The notes under the pieces are model-generated. The model saw only the letters and a program-made list of their open reading frames with translations. It did not search any database and was not told the origin of the DNA. The translations under genes were made by a program, and so were the position numbers. 64,000 nt of DNA from Dimorphilus gyrociliatus (taxonomy: Eukaryota; Animalia; Annelida): NCBI GenBank assembly GCA_904063045.1, contig CAJFCJ010000014.1, forward strand, positions 2,105,643-2,169,642, in the 5' to 3' direction. The number at the start of each line of letters is the position of its first letter. Positions within the stretch are counted from its first letter, which is position 1. Shown here piece after piece: positions 40,547 through 53,490 of this stretch.

Positions 40547-40656
40547 TTTTTATACATAAACATTTGTTTAAGTCATTACAACAAACTTTAGAATATACTG
40601 TACTTTTTCTTTTAATTTTTAAATCTTTATATCTTCTTTTATCTAATCATTTGTAT

Positions 40657-41799
40657 TTAATATAAGACTTTGTTTATAAGCCATATAGAAAGGAAAGAGG
40701 AAAGGAAGTGTAATGATAAAGAATTTCCTTCGCATTTCACTTCTTCATCTTTCTTGTATCGGTAATCTAAATGCTCTCTTAATCCATATGGATAATCTGT
40801 AAATAGGCCGTCAACTTTCTCCTTAATATAGGCATCGTACTGTCTTCTTACATCGTCCCCATATATCCAAGGAATAGAACGATCTTCAACCGTAAATGTC
40901 CATACATGAACTTTCATATTTTTATCGTGAACTCGTTTTACTAAACCAGTTGATTCTCCAGTCGATATTTTTGAACCACCTCCAAAAAATACGGCGGCCT
41001 TTGTTACACCAACACCAGCTGCATATTTTGAAAGACTGTCCAGAAAGAAGTCAGTAATAAGCGGCAGTGGTGTTAAGAATATAACGGGAATCTTTGTTAA
41101 CTTTGATAATTCTTCAGCAGTTTCTTCTTCAAAACTTTGTAAATAGCACGGTCTCTTTTCTCCATCGTATCCATGGTCGTGTAAGATTTTAACAACTATC
41201 TTTTCAAAAGACGTATTCTGACTGTTTAATAATTCATCTTTCAGAACTTCATTATGCCAAGCAGAAGCTTTTAATTCGGGATAGATTCCAATTGTTCTTG
41301 ACGCATTTTGAGCTATTGAAATATAATCTTCTAAACTAAGAAATCTATATCGTAGATTATAATTAGGATTTCTCCCAGATGACGATTTTCTCTTTATTTT
41401 CAATCTTCTCAACTCTTGCCAAGTGAAGTCAACTGTGTAATAATCTCTCGCTGGAAACCCTAAACCTGGTATATCATGATAGTTAGATTTGTTGTGAAAT
41501 TCAGGATAAGAATGAACGTCAGTTGTCGCATTTAAATAACAATCATGATGGCAAACTGGAACTAAGTCTTTTGATAGACAAATATCACATTCGATAAAGT
41601 GCGCTCCCTGTTCAATAGCTAATTTGTATGAGACTTCTGTATGGTCAGGCCGTTCCCCAGACGCTCCTCTATGGGCAATATTCAAAGGAGTCTTGACTGA
41701 AATTCCTGGAAGTCCATGGTTGAATACTGGCAAATCAGTTAGGGTATTAATAATATTAGAAAAATCCAATACGAATAGAAGGAGAACCGCCAACTTCAT
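40657..41799 (-). CDS. Glycerophosphodiester phosphodiesterase, GlpQ-type, secreted and probably GPI-anchored, intronless
   Basis: 380-aa single ORF: signal peptide, IAHRGASG, FIECDI, CHHD, GIYPELK, LQSFE, VHVWTF, VDGLFTDYP, hydrophobic C-terminus. Confidence 0.93.
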   Translation of the reverse strand: MKLAVLLLFVLDFSNIINTLTDLPVFNHGLPGISVKTPLNIAHRGASGERPDHTEVSYKLAIEQGAHFIECDICLSKDLVPVCHHDCYLNATTDVHSYPEFHNKSNYHDIPGLGFPARDYYTVDFTWQELRRLKIKRKSSSGRNPNYNLRYRFLSLEDYISIAQNASRTIGIYPELKASAWHNEVLKDELLNSQNTSFEKIVVKILHDHGYDGEKRPCYLQSFEEETAEELSKLTKIPVIFLTPLPLITDFFLDSLSKYAAGVGVTKAAVFFGGGSKISTGESTGLVKRVHDKNMKVHVWTFTVEDRSIPWIYGDDVRRQYDAYIKEKVDGLFTDYPYGLREHLDYRYKKDEEVKCEGNSLSLHFLSSFLSIWLINKVLY

Positions 41800-42367
41800 T
41801 TTAAAAATGTAATATGATAAAAAAAAAGCAAGATAAATTTACGTCACTTAAAAATCACTGATGAAGTGTCTCCTTCAGTATCCATCATAAAGATATATTT
41901 ATTAATCAATTCTCTACAGGTATGTATGAATAGATATACTGTATATAAAGTTATAATAAAATAATAAACATACTAATATTAATAAATATATAGATATATA
42001 TATATATATATATATTAACTAATATACAATTAAAATGATATACTTTTTTTTAAAGATTATAGTCCTGTTCAAAATTTAATAATAAAAAATAGTCTGATTA
42101 CTTTTCAAGATAACTTACTTTGTATCTTATTTATTAATATCAAGGTATTCGTAATTAAGCTTATTAATTAAAATTGTACACTTCATTATATTTATTATTT
42201 TATATTGATTGAATATTTCATAAATTTATCATTTATATCAAAAGATTTATAGAAATAGAGAGAGAAATGAGTTGAAAGCCAGAAGCACTAATTTTTATGT
42301 AGAAAATCAACATTATATGTTTATGATGATAAATTATTATATTACTAATATATTATATTTTAGCTAT

Positions 42368-45300
42368 TTATATCTCGGCTATTCTTGGAGGTCCCATATG
42401 TCTGATAAGAACAGAAACAACGCATATCAGTACTGCAGTTATGATTGCCAAAGCGAGACCAGCCACTGCCTGCTTGATAGATCAATTTATATTGTATATT
42501 ATATTTGTTTTTAAGGACATAAAGTTATTATAATTACCTTAACTAATCTTGGATACTCGTATATGCTTGCCATCAGTTTAGCTTTCCATAAGGCAAGTGT
42601 ACATGGAAGAAAAGCTTCTCTACTCGTCTTACATTTTTCGTATAAAGTTTGAAGAAGAGAGAATTTTGAATCGCACCTAATTTTTAGTTTTTTCCATATA
42701 ATTTCATCAATTTGATAATCATTTTCTACTAAATAAGCCAAATTGAAATAGGCTTGTGGACTTCCCTTCAGAGCGGCACTAGCATAAAAGTGAGATGCAT
42801 TATGTTTTTCATTTTTCATATCAAGACTTAAATCTCCCAATTTAATCCATGCTGTATTATAGAATATAGATATATTTATATTTTGATAAAAGATATAACT
42901 GCAATAACTGACCATATGGATCGGCGTTCGATTTATCTCTTTTAATAGAAATTTCGTAATTTCTAAAAACGCATTCTTTATGGAAATATATTCTTGTATA
43001 TTGCTACAAAATATATTTATAAAATCCATTTAGAAATTATATAAAACTAATAAAAAAAAAACAACCTAACCTCGTAATTTTCACATAACCATGCTAAATT
43101 AAAATTGGCAACTTCAATACCACTCTCCGCTGCTAATGAATACCAAAGCAAAGCTGATGGTCTAATAAACATCAAATAATTTTTTTAACAACTACTATCA
43201 GTAAATTTATGAATATATTATAGTGATATTTACATATTTCCGTGCCTGTAGGCTTTTAACCCATTGGCCATTAATGTACCCTGTATCGGATTCTCTTCGC
43301 TAACGTATCGAGCCCAACTAAAATAAACAACTATGTTCTCTTACTAATTTATAATGGTCATTAAATTTCAAACTTACGTGACGGCTAATTCAGGATTCCG
43401 GACTGCTTTTGGGTGGCCTCTTATATTGAACATTGCAATAACAATAGCTGAATCAAGCTGACCTCTTACAGCAGCAAAAGAGAAATAGTCAAAAGCTTTC
43501 ACCTTATCAATTTCCTTATTTATGGTTCTGCCTTCCATATACATATGGCCCAAATTGTGAGCAGCATCGGCTAATCCTCTTCCCATTGCTCTTTCAAACA
43601 GTTTTGTAGCTTTTGCGATATCACCTTCAACTTCTAAAGCATGCCAGCCTAAAGCGTTGAGAGCATTAGGATTACCCTTGGAAGCAGCTTTACTAAGCTG
43701 ATGAATAGCTGCAGTTTCGTTTTTCTCAGTTCCATGACCCTTAAGCAAAGCAATTCCATAATCGTATTGAGCTATTGTATTGCCCTGTTCGGCTCCTTCT
43801 CTATAGTAATTAACAGCAGCCTGTAAATTCCTCCTTATACCTTGTGCTCCCCAAAATAATAGTCTGTACGATAAAATATTCCAATGTAATTAAAAAAAGC
43901 TAAACTGTAGCTGAGAAACAATAGCCAAATACCTCGACGCATGCTCCCTTGCTGAGTTGACTCCGTGAGATGCTTGATGGGTAATCCAATTCCATAAATC
44001 TCCTTGATCATCAGTTTGTAATTTAAGTTGGACTTCGTCTGTCAGTCGAATTTTTTCGGCTACAACACCTTCCTGGTGATGTTCTAATCTATCTTGACCA
44101 GTAATGTCGGCCAATGCCTTGTAATAATTATAAGATATTTCGTAATCTTGAGGGAAACTATCTAAGCCTAAATTATGTTTTGCCCCCAGTGATTGTAAAC
44201 AACTTCTGTGACTTTTCATCGCACATTTTAAGAGTAAACCTCCAGACTATTTTTTAAAATTACAACAGGGTTAAAGGGTTAATTCGCTGCCATCACTTGT
44301 AATGTAAAACTATACCTTTCTTTCTTGCATACGAATTCCAAATCCATTATTCAACATTGCCGCTAGAAGTGCTGTTGCATTATTATTTCCATAGCAACTG
44401 GATTCTTCCAAAATTCTTTCCAATTTTCCAAAATCTGGATTAGGATTATTCTGCAAAATAAAGAAGAGATAACTTTACCTTCGCTTTACAAAAACAAACA
44501 AACTTACTAAAACGTCAGTAACGTTTCTGTATAATAACCTTCCAGCTTCTATTAAAGTTGGTATATGTCCTCTAAAAACGCTTTTTCTTACTTTCAAACC
44601 GAGTAATTTAAATTTCTCCTTTTCCGGTTGTTTCCATGCTGCGCAAGTTTTCTTTGCTCTTTTAAATGATGATTTTTTTCCAAAAAATATTTCATTCATA
44701 AATCTATTACAACTACCTACAAACGAAAAAAGAATGACCATGAAAACTGTGTTTATTGTCTACAACAGTCTTTACGTTTTCGATTTATAGCTTCTAAAGT
44801 TAATTTTGCTCTCCAAACTCTGTTCTCAAACCAATTAATATAACTATTACAGATAGTACTTTCATCTTTCATTTCGTATAACCATTTTGAATCAATATCG
44901 GGTATCTAATAGAAAGCGTAAGTAGTTCTAAGATAACAATATGAAGAATTATTACTGTTTTGGCAGAGTAATACTTTCTTCTGTAGATCGTTGCCATAGC
45001 AATAATCCCAGTGAAAGAATTAATAATTTCAGAACCTCCGAAAACTAATAGGCCAAAAGAATCATCGTAATGAACTGGTCTCTCCATAGTTAATCTGTTA
45101 TTAATGTTTTCTTTATATAATTAACTTTAAAAAGTATATAAAAATTGAATAATCTTCATCTTACTGAATAAGCGTCTTCTCTTTAACATTCAAGTTTTTA
45201 CCGTGTAGAATTTGCATATTCCACTATAATAATAATAATAGGAAAAGAAGAAAGAATGAAAGGATGAAAGGATGAAAGAAACAATTGAGAATAGTAATTT

Positions 45301-46355
45301 TACCAAATTATTATCTGCGGATAAAATTAATCGAAACCACGTTTGTAAAGGTATAGTAAAACTAGTTTCTGCCCATGCAGGTATTCCGCCTTGAGCTACT
45401 ACTTGTATTCGTAATTGTCCTATTGAAAAGAATAATTATATAATCAATTAATACAATGTTGCAATAGTTTATTAAATAAATTACCTGTTCTTAGAATATA
45501 AATTAAAAAAGATGCTACCCGATCGTCCCAAGTATGTCTTTGAATAAGGCTACAAACGTCTGAATTCTTACAGTACTGATCGACATATAGTAAAATATCT
45601 AAAGTAAATCTAATTAAAAGAAATTCAACTATAGTTAGATCTAAAGTCTGAAAGAATAACAAACTAATTTACTTACTTTGGTTTTGTAAATGTAGAAAGT
45701 CTTTTCTTCTCTAATATTTTAGAATTATAATTTGGTAAAACCCTAACAACTCCTCCTCTTTCTCCATTAAAAGCAACTGGATATTTTATTGCTTTAAACA
45801 CTTCTAAAAAATAAAATTAACATAATATGTTATTATTCATTTATTAAGATAAAATTAACCTGCTTCTAATTTGCAAATAGGCCTAAATGGTTTATTATAT
45901 AAAATCTCTTGAAAGGGAGTAAAACATAAATTAGGGTGATATTGTTTCCTCTGATAAGGAGGAGGTATGCTGAAACTCTCTTCAGTTTTAACTTTTGAAT
46001 AAGAGCATCTCTGAAGTTTCGGATGTAAGATACACAACTCAAAATTACATTTAGAAGAAGTCCAATAAATTCTGTTATGTTGAGAAGGTTTATAAGCTAA
46101 AACCTTTGGAAGAGGGACGACAATTGACCTAGAGCCTTTTTCATTTGAACAAGACCACGTATTATGCCAAATTAATGTTTTATAAACATAGAGTTCAATT
46201 TTTATGAATTTCTCTCCAATACAAAAATAGTCTAGTTGAAATGTACTGAGATGTTTCAGAGTAGTTCCTTTCTTCGAAGCACCAAACTTTACATACTCTA
46301 TAGAATCTAAGGCTAATCCAAAAGTAAATAGTCCAAATACTATTAATTTTATCAT
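42368..46355 (-). CDS. SEL1L3: Protein sel-1 homolog 3-like (signal peptide, Sel1/SLR repeats, C-terminal TM)
   Basis: Start MIKLIVFGLFTFGLALD. Sel1 repeats (AASKGNPNALNALGWHAL, LADAAHNLGHMYMEG), SEL1L3-like LYEKCKTSREAFLPCTLALW, terminal TM exon AVAGLALAIITAVLICVVSVLI...AEI*. Internal exons were not all resolved. Confidence 0.85.
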
Positions 46356-47252
46356 TTCTTTCTAAAAAATATCTTAGTTTCAATTCAGATTTCTTTTATT
46401 TATATTGTAAATCCATATGATCGCCATATTGAACAGCTGACGGTTATTATACAGCTGTGTCATTCATCTATAACGTGGACAAGACCATGTCAGTTGAATT
46501 GTCAGAGGGACTGATAATAGGTTATCAATGATCGAGTAGGTAGAAGGGTTCGGTAGTAGAAGACGTAGATAATAGGGGAAAGAGAGGTGTAGAGGTTTAG
46601 ATGGACATTGAGGAAAGGAATATGGATGAGGAGAAGAAGGAAGTCGAGAGAAACAGTAAGAAGTGGAAGAGTAATTGACCCACTTTTCAAAGTAAATTTA
46701 TAAGATTCTTTCATTTCTTTAGAAGTAGGGAAAAATCAATTTTTTTTAAGTACGTTTGAATTACTATATGTCGTAATGAAATTTACTACAGCAATATTCC
46801 TGTTGATTTACGCTTAGAATACAAATTTTCTATTATATTTCCTTTTAAGAAGATGAGTGTATATAGAACCTTCTCTTTTTCTATGTCTATGATATGATAA
46901 TCTTAATCGTAATATTCAATAACATCAGCTTATAAACAATTTTTTATTAATATTGAACAAAAGTTGTTTAGAGTTTTTATATATTAACATATATATATAT
47001 GTACTGTATATATATAATATTTCCGGTTTATATAATCAAATTCAATTCGATGAATCACATTAGCTATTCTGAAAATTAAAGAATTGATCGATTATACCGC
47101 TAATTTTAAATTTTTAATACATTTAAACTTCTTCCCGCGCATCCCGTCTATTGGATAAAAAATATTATCATTGAAATATCACGTGATCATTTTGATAAAG
47201 GTCAAGGTTATAATTTAGAAGGCGTTAAACTTTTTAAGAGATATCTAATAAG

Positions 47253-48211
47253 ATGCCGCTGAAAGGTTAGAGTTATAATTTCAAAAAAAGTGAGGAATAA
47301 AAAGCGGTTAAAACTGAATATTTTACAAAACAGGAATCCCATTTAACTTGAGTCCTGATTTATTAAAGCTATTATCGGCTGCTGGTCATGGAGATGAAAT
47401 AAGTAAGAATAAAAAAAGACAAAGAAAAAATCAATATAATAGTCTATATATATATATATATATATATATTAATAGTTTTGGCCGATGCCCACTTTCCAAC
47501 AACATCCATTTGTAAAGGAGAGAATGCCCCCGTAGAAATTCGAGCTGACGGTAAAAGAAAATGAAACTCTAAAATATACAATCCAGTATAGTATCAAAAG
47601 AATAAAGATTATAATTTCTTCTTCTTTATATTCTAGGTCTGTTGATACCGCCTTTGTTAACTTCTATTTTAAAATTTTTTCCCTTGGATCAATACGTTGG
47701 AGAGCCGGTACGAACAATTTTGTCAATAAAGACTTTTATTGAACTGATTATTCAAAAACTTAAATCACTAAATAAACCATAGGTGGCTCTAATGCAGCGT
47801 ACCGCTGATGACGAAGCCAAGAACCTTCCTGTTCCAATTTGGGACGAAATATCAAGAATAGTGAATGAGGCTGAAGGAAAAAAGGTTTTATTAGTTGCAT
47901 TCAGAATTGAATTTAATTGTTTAAATTTTCAATATACTTCCGTAGATTAGCATAGAAAAGATGGACAGATTCGATTTTTACGGTAGAGCTAGAAGTGCTT
48001 TCGCCATTATTCATACAGGGTACAAAATAAGTGGTTTTTTTATCCTTTATGTATTATCTAAAAAATTTTTTCAATGATTTTACAATAGTTCTTTCATATA
48101 TTGATGTATTTATATATATATACTGTATATATATTTCTGTTCTGCAGAGATGTTTCGCAGTACGGAAATGTTATCATAAAGAAAGGAGTTGTTTATCCAC
48201 CTACGCAGTAG
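47253..48211 (+). CDS. FUOM: Fucose mutarotase (RbsD/FucU family)
   Basis: Not in the ORF track because the exons are short. Spliced product [35 protein letters not shown]...EIRADG...MDRFDFYGRARSAFAIIHTGDVSQYGNVIIKKGVV. Confidence 0.93.
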
Positions 48212-48977
48212 AACGTTCTTATTTTTTAAATAAGAAGGAAAAACTAAAAAATCACCAGAGAAGCCTTGTTCTGTAACTATTATTATTATGAAAAGAATAT
48301 ATACATACATATAATATTTAAGAAACAATAATAAGTATAACTTTAAAAGCTTCATCTTAATAAAAAGAATGTTATTATATTTAGTTTAGAAAATTGTTAT
48401 TTTCCTATTTTTCCTATTCTCTCTTCTATCAACAAAAAATTATGGAACATACACTCTTAGAATGTTCTTACGTTCTGCTCAAATTATTAAAGATTTTACG
48501 TTACGAAAAGAATATTGTATACGCTATTTATATATATCACTATTATATTTGTTCTATACTTTTTTAAGGATATTAATAAAAAAAATCCTAAGGAATTTCC
48601 TTTTATTAAAAGTAAAATATGATAAAATAATAAAATTTTTGACAATGAAACACACTTGAATAGGTTTGTGGTAAAGAATATATTTTTGACGAATCATCGG
48701 CTTACGTACCCTTAGAACGCTGGCAAAATATTCATTTCGAGCTACGAAAACCGGTGAATATATAATTGGATGAAGCAGAGAAAAATGTGCGAATATTGTA
48801 CCATCTCATTTATCTCCTAGATAGTTGAACACCGCATTCAAGCATATGATGAATTCATAAAAGTATAGTGCTGTTAAAACAAAGGTAAAGTTGTTTAATC
48901 TTAATTAATAGTAAAATGTAATGAGCGACAATTAGTGTTGATTCTTTGTTAAAATTTATATACTTGAAATTCAGATC

Positions 48978-51716
48978 ATGTCGAGTGGGAGCGCAAACGT
49001 TTCCAGGGTTAGACCTACCGATCCAACATTTATTTCATCTACGCTGCAGTCATCAACAATTGATATAGAACGCGATTCCTGTTTGTTCGGAATAGTTGAA
49101 TACGATGTTATTCCTGCAGCTGCCTGTGCCATTTGCGCAATTTTTGGTCTATTATATACATTCTTCGGTAAGTCTGTTTTATTTTGTATATTGAATAGAG
49201 ATATTAGCCAGGTAATTCAGGTTAAATGTTTCAAAAGTGAAAAAAATCTGAGCTAAACCCGATATAATCGCCGAGTAAGTTTTAATTAACAATTAACCTA
49301 TCTACAATAGAATACTTAACATCTCTTAAAATACAAATAGAATGAGAAAATTGTATATTTTAATAATAAAATAACAATATATACAACAGATTAAAAACTG
49401 GTTTTATTTTAATAGAGGTGGGAATATTAAACAAGGTAGAAAAATATGGCACTGGTTTTTTTTCTCTCTCTTATGCCCCTATACTTTATAGTTGTGTAGT
49501 ATTCCCTATGCAAATATCTATTTTTGGTTTCGTGTCATATATTATACTGGAGGCAAGGAGTGCAGTAGATTTATACGATATTTTTTCTTCTCTTATACAT
49601 CTATTCATGTTTGATTGTATCTCTTTTGATTTACATTTAAAAAAATAATGTTTCCACGAAAATGAAGAAAGATGGATTTTTCTTTGCTTTATTATATATA
49701 ATTAAGCAATAATCTAAGAGATGGTTCTACTAATGAAAGGCCACTTCTATGTATTAAATAGACTAACTAATAACTATAACAAACGAAAAAATGAGAAAAA
49801 AATTTAGATAAATTATCCAGGCCCAAACAAATAGAGGCTTCAAATCGATTTTGTTAAATAGACACAATGATTTTCTCGGGGGAAGCGACAGAGATTCCAA
49901 TATCTCTCAAGGGATTTTTTAAACCACAATGTTATTAGACACTAGCCATTTCCTCCGCCTTATGGATCTTAATAGTGTTTGTGTCTAATTGAAAAAGAGA
50001 TAAGAGCAGCCTCTACTTGCATATATACATGTATATACTGTATATATACGTATGTCAAAGTAATGCATAAAGTTTTTAATCTATGGCTCCTGCTATAATA
50101 ATAATTAGAAAATAACTCGTTATTTTGTTTATAAAGATAATTCAGTAATCTTACAACAAGTACACAATCACTCGTAGTAAGATAATTTCTTTATTAAATG
50201 ATAAAATGGAAAAAACAGCTTAAAATTAATTACCTTTTGATTAAAAAGAGAAAATAATGATATTAAATATCATTAAATTGTTGGTGACAATTCCTGTTTA
50301 AAAAGGAAAATAAATCTTTTTATTGTGCAAAATACGTTTATATAAATTTATTTAGGCTATGTTTTCTGAAATTCTAATCTCTTACCAAAAATAGACAGAT
50401 CTATTAATAGCTTTTATGATTAACAAAAATGGAATAATTAATAATTAAAATTGATATTTACGGACGCTTATTAGCCTTTTGATACCCTATTTAAAAAATA
50501 AAACATACTCTATACATCCATGCACACATAAATGTAAGATAAATAGGTGTCCAACTTATATGTTTTACTCTAAGTTTGATATAAATTGTATTGTTTACAT
50601 TTTCAGGGTATAAATTTTTCAAAGCTGTTATGTTCATTACTGGTCTAATGCTTGGTGGTTCATTAACATGGTTAATATGCAAAAATGCAGAAGCCGAAGT
50701 GCTCGGTAAGAATAATTAAACAATATTTGCTCTAACAAACTAGGGTTTTAAATTTTCTGCTTCAATGAATCCAACTGAAAAAATAGAATGTTTTTGCTAT
50801 TTGCTTTATTTTGTACATACAATGGAAATTTTTTTTCTTTATTTTCTATAAAAATCCTACTTTAGATCCTATTTTTCGTCGTTGTTGTTAAAACGAGATA
50901 TTTCATATCTTACTATATACTATATATTCAGGTACTGGTGGTGCGATAGGGATATCCTTTGCAGCTGGACTAATGACAGGCCTTATAACAATGCTCTTGG
51001 AAATGGTTGGCTTATTTATAACCGGATTCGTATTAGGAGGTCTTTTAGGGATATCAACCTTAGTCAGTATTCTTTATCTAGCTCCCGAGCCTCTATCTAG
51101 ATGGAGCAGTCTCGGCTTAATTCTGGGTATTGGTCTATTGTTTGCTCTTTCTACACTCTATTGGAAAAGAGCTCTGGTCATTGTAGGAACATCAGGAACA
51201 GGAGCTTTTCTCTTAACAATTTCGCTCGATTATTTTGTTGAAGAGTTTAGAGCGGTTAAAATAATACCGGCGGCATTGCACCAATTAAAAGACGATCCAA
51301 AACCTGAACTCTGTTGGATTTCTTGGGTTTTATTAATTTTTTGGCCATTCGCCACACTCATTGGCATAGTGATTCAATTTCGTGTAACTTCAAAGACAAA
51401 AAAAGAAAGATCGACTGTTGTGCGTGGAAGAAAGCAGAAAAGAATAACTGTAAAATCGGCTAGAGTTTACAGACCCACAAATCCCGCCCGCAGCCATAGG
51501 CCTATGCAGCCCGTTGCCAGACAGCAACAACAACAGCAGCAGCAACCTCCTTACAACAATTCAGGAGGGTCCGCTAACAGATACAGACAATTATATCAAG
51601 TTAGGAGGTTTAATGGAGACGTGATTAGTCAATGCGGTATAGAAAATATTAGACACGAATTATCACCTGCTATGAGAACAGTCTTAGAAAGATCTAGGTC
51701 TGTCAGTCAAGCATAA
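48978..51716 (+). CDS. TMEM198: Transmembrane protein 198
   Basis: Exons 48978-49167, 50607-50705, 50932-51716. Motifs CAIFGLLYTFFGYKFFKAVMFITGL, ISLDYFVE, LCWISWVLLIFWPFATLIGIVIQFRVT; polyQ in the tail. Confidence 0.92.
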
Positions 51717-53490
51717 TTGGGAGCAGTTTAGTAAAACTTCAAAAACGTTACAAAACAGTTAAACTAAGTTTTTATTTTGACTAAAAGTCATTTATTTTTT
51801 ATGAAATCTTTCTCCTAACTTTTTTTATAAAGAAAAGGAAAGGCGGGAGAAGCAGAAGAAGCAGAAGATATTTCACACATATGAGTTTAATATGAGTTTA
51901 CGGAAATAGTAGCAAACAGCTATTAATATTTCTGAATTATTTAACTTGCATACGTAACCAGCGCTTCTATTCCCTTTAAGTTCTTTTATTACTTAAATTC
52001 ATTTGTTTTTTCATGCATACTCTATTTCAACTTACATACGTATCATGAACGTATGTAACTGTAGGATGTTAAGTATATATATATATTTAAATTTAAATAT
52101 TTATACGTATATACTGCTATAAACTAATAGTTAAGTTTTGTTTATATAATTAAGACATATCTATATTCAAATAACACATATATCACCTTTTTCAACGATA
52201 TTAGCAGGAATTCATTTTAAACAAATTCATTTTACACTTTTGAAGTAGAAAGCCAACAAGAAAGGTGATTTATTTATAGTCCATGGATTAAAAGAGAATT
52301 TCTACTTAAAAGATATACATATATACAGTATATGTATATATATATGATTAATTTTGTTTAAGAAGTCTGCAAAAAAAAATAATGATATACCACTTGTAAA
52401 GCCAAAACTACAACTAATAATAATGTAACAAAACTAATAACAGCTGCAAATTATCAACATAAAGTTGCACTCTATTTCCCGAAGACAAACTACAACTAAG
52501 CTGTTAAAAGGCCTACAGTATTTTCTTTTCTTGTAAAGATAAAACATTTGGAAAATATCGCCCTTATCCAAACCTGAATATTTCCTATATAAAAAAATTA
52601 TTGTAATACTAGCGTAATAATTAAAAGGAAATGTTTAGTGGCTACCTCTGACTCCATTCTAGTCTTTAACCTAAGATACATTCATTGTATATATATAGAT
52701 CTGGTAATTATTTAAATATTTGATAAAAAAATCCTTTTTGTATTTATCTATCTATCTATCTATATCAATATCTTTTTTTAAATGCAACTTTTTTATGCTT
52801 AAAGTTTGTTTTAATATAAAGAAAATGTTTCTTTATTTTTCTATTTTACAAAAATACACTTGCTTCATTATAAGAAAGATTCGATATATTTTGAAATTCT
52901 TACCATCTATTTCTCTACTATAATTACAAATTGATAAATATTCTATCATATAAGAGATTTTATTGTATAAAGTAATATTTTTGTTGAAACAAAACATAGA
53001 ATATATAATATATTCTTTATAGAATTTATTTTAACTTGATTTGAATATCAATCAACATTTTATATTCATTTTACAAATGGGATACAATTTTCATTTACCT
53101 AATTTTCTATGATAGAATATGCCATTATATAATAAAAAAATTGTTTTTCACCTATTAAACTTATTAACGGTAACGTATTTCTATAATTCCATTAATGAAT
53201 AAATACTTTAAAATGTTTAGAATTCACCAAAGTTACCTATTTTTTGGGGGGCGGGGAGAGGAGGGGGGAGGGAGGAAGGCGGTTAATTCTTTGGTGTTTT
53301 TTTCTTTCTTTTTTTTCACCTTTTTACAAACCTACCAGATGGCGCCAATTGGTAACTAAGAAACATGTCCAAACAGGTAATATGACAAAGCCTGAATAGG
53401 GTATTGTTGATTATTGTAAATATTCGTAAATATTACTTAATAAGAGTATTGTAAAAAGAAAAAAATTCAACTATATTTGCATGGTCAAAA

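Noticed and set aside
46502-46714. Minus ORF and purine-rich plus strand suggesting an RS/RE-rich protein
   Set aside because: Plus-strand frames are full of stops and the minus ORF is compositionally biased; treated as UTR.
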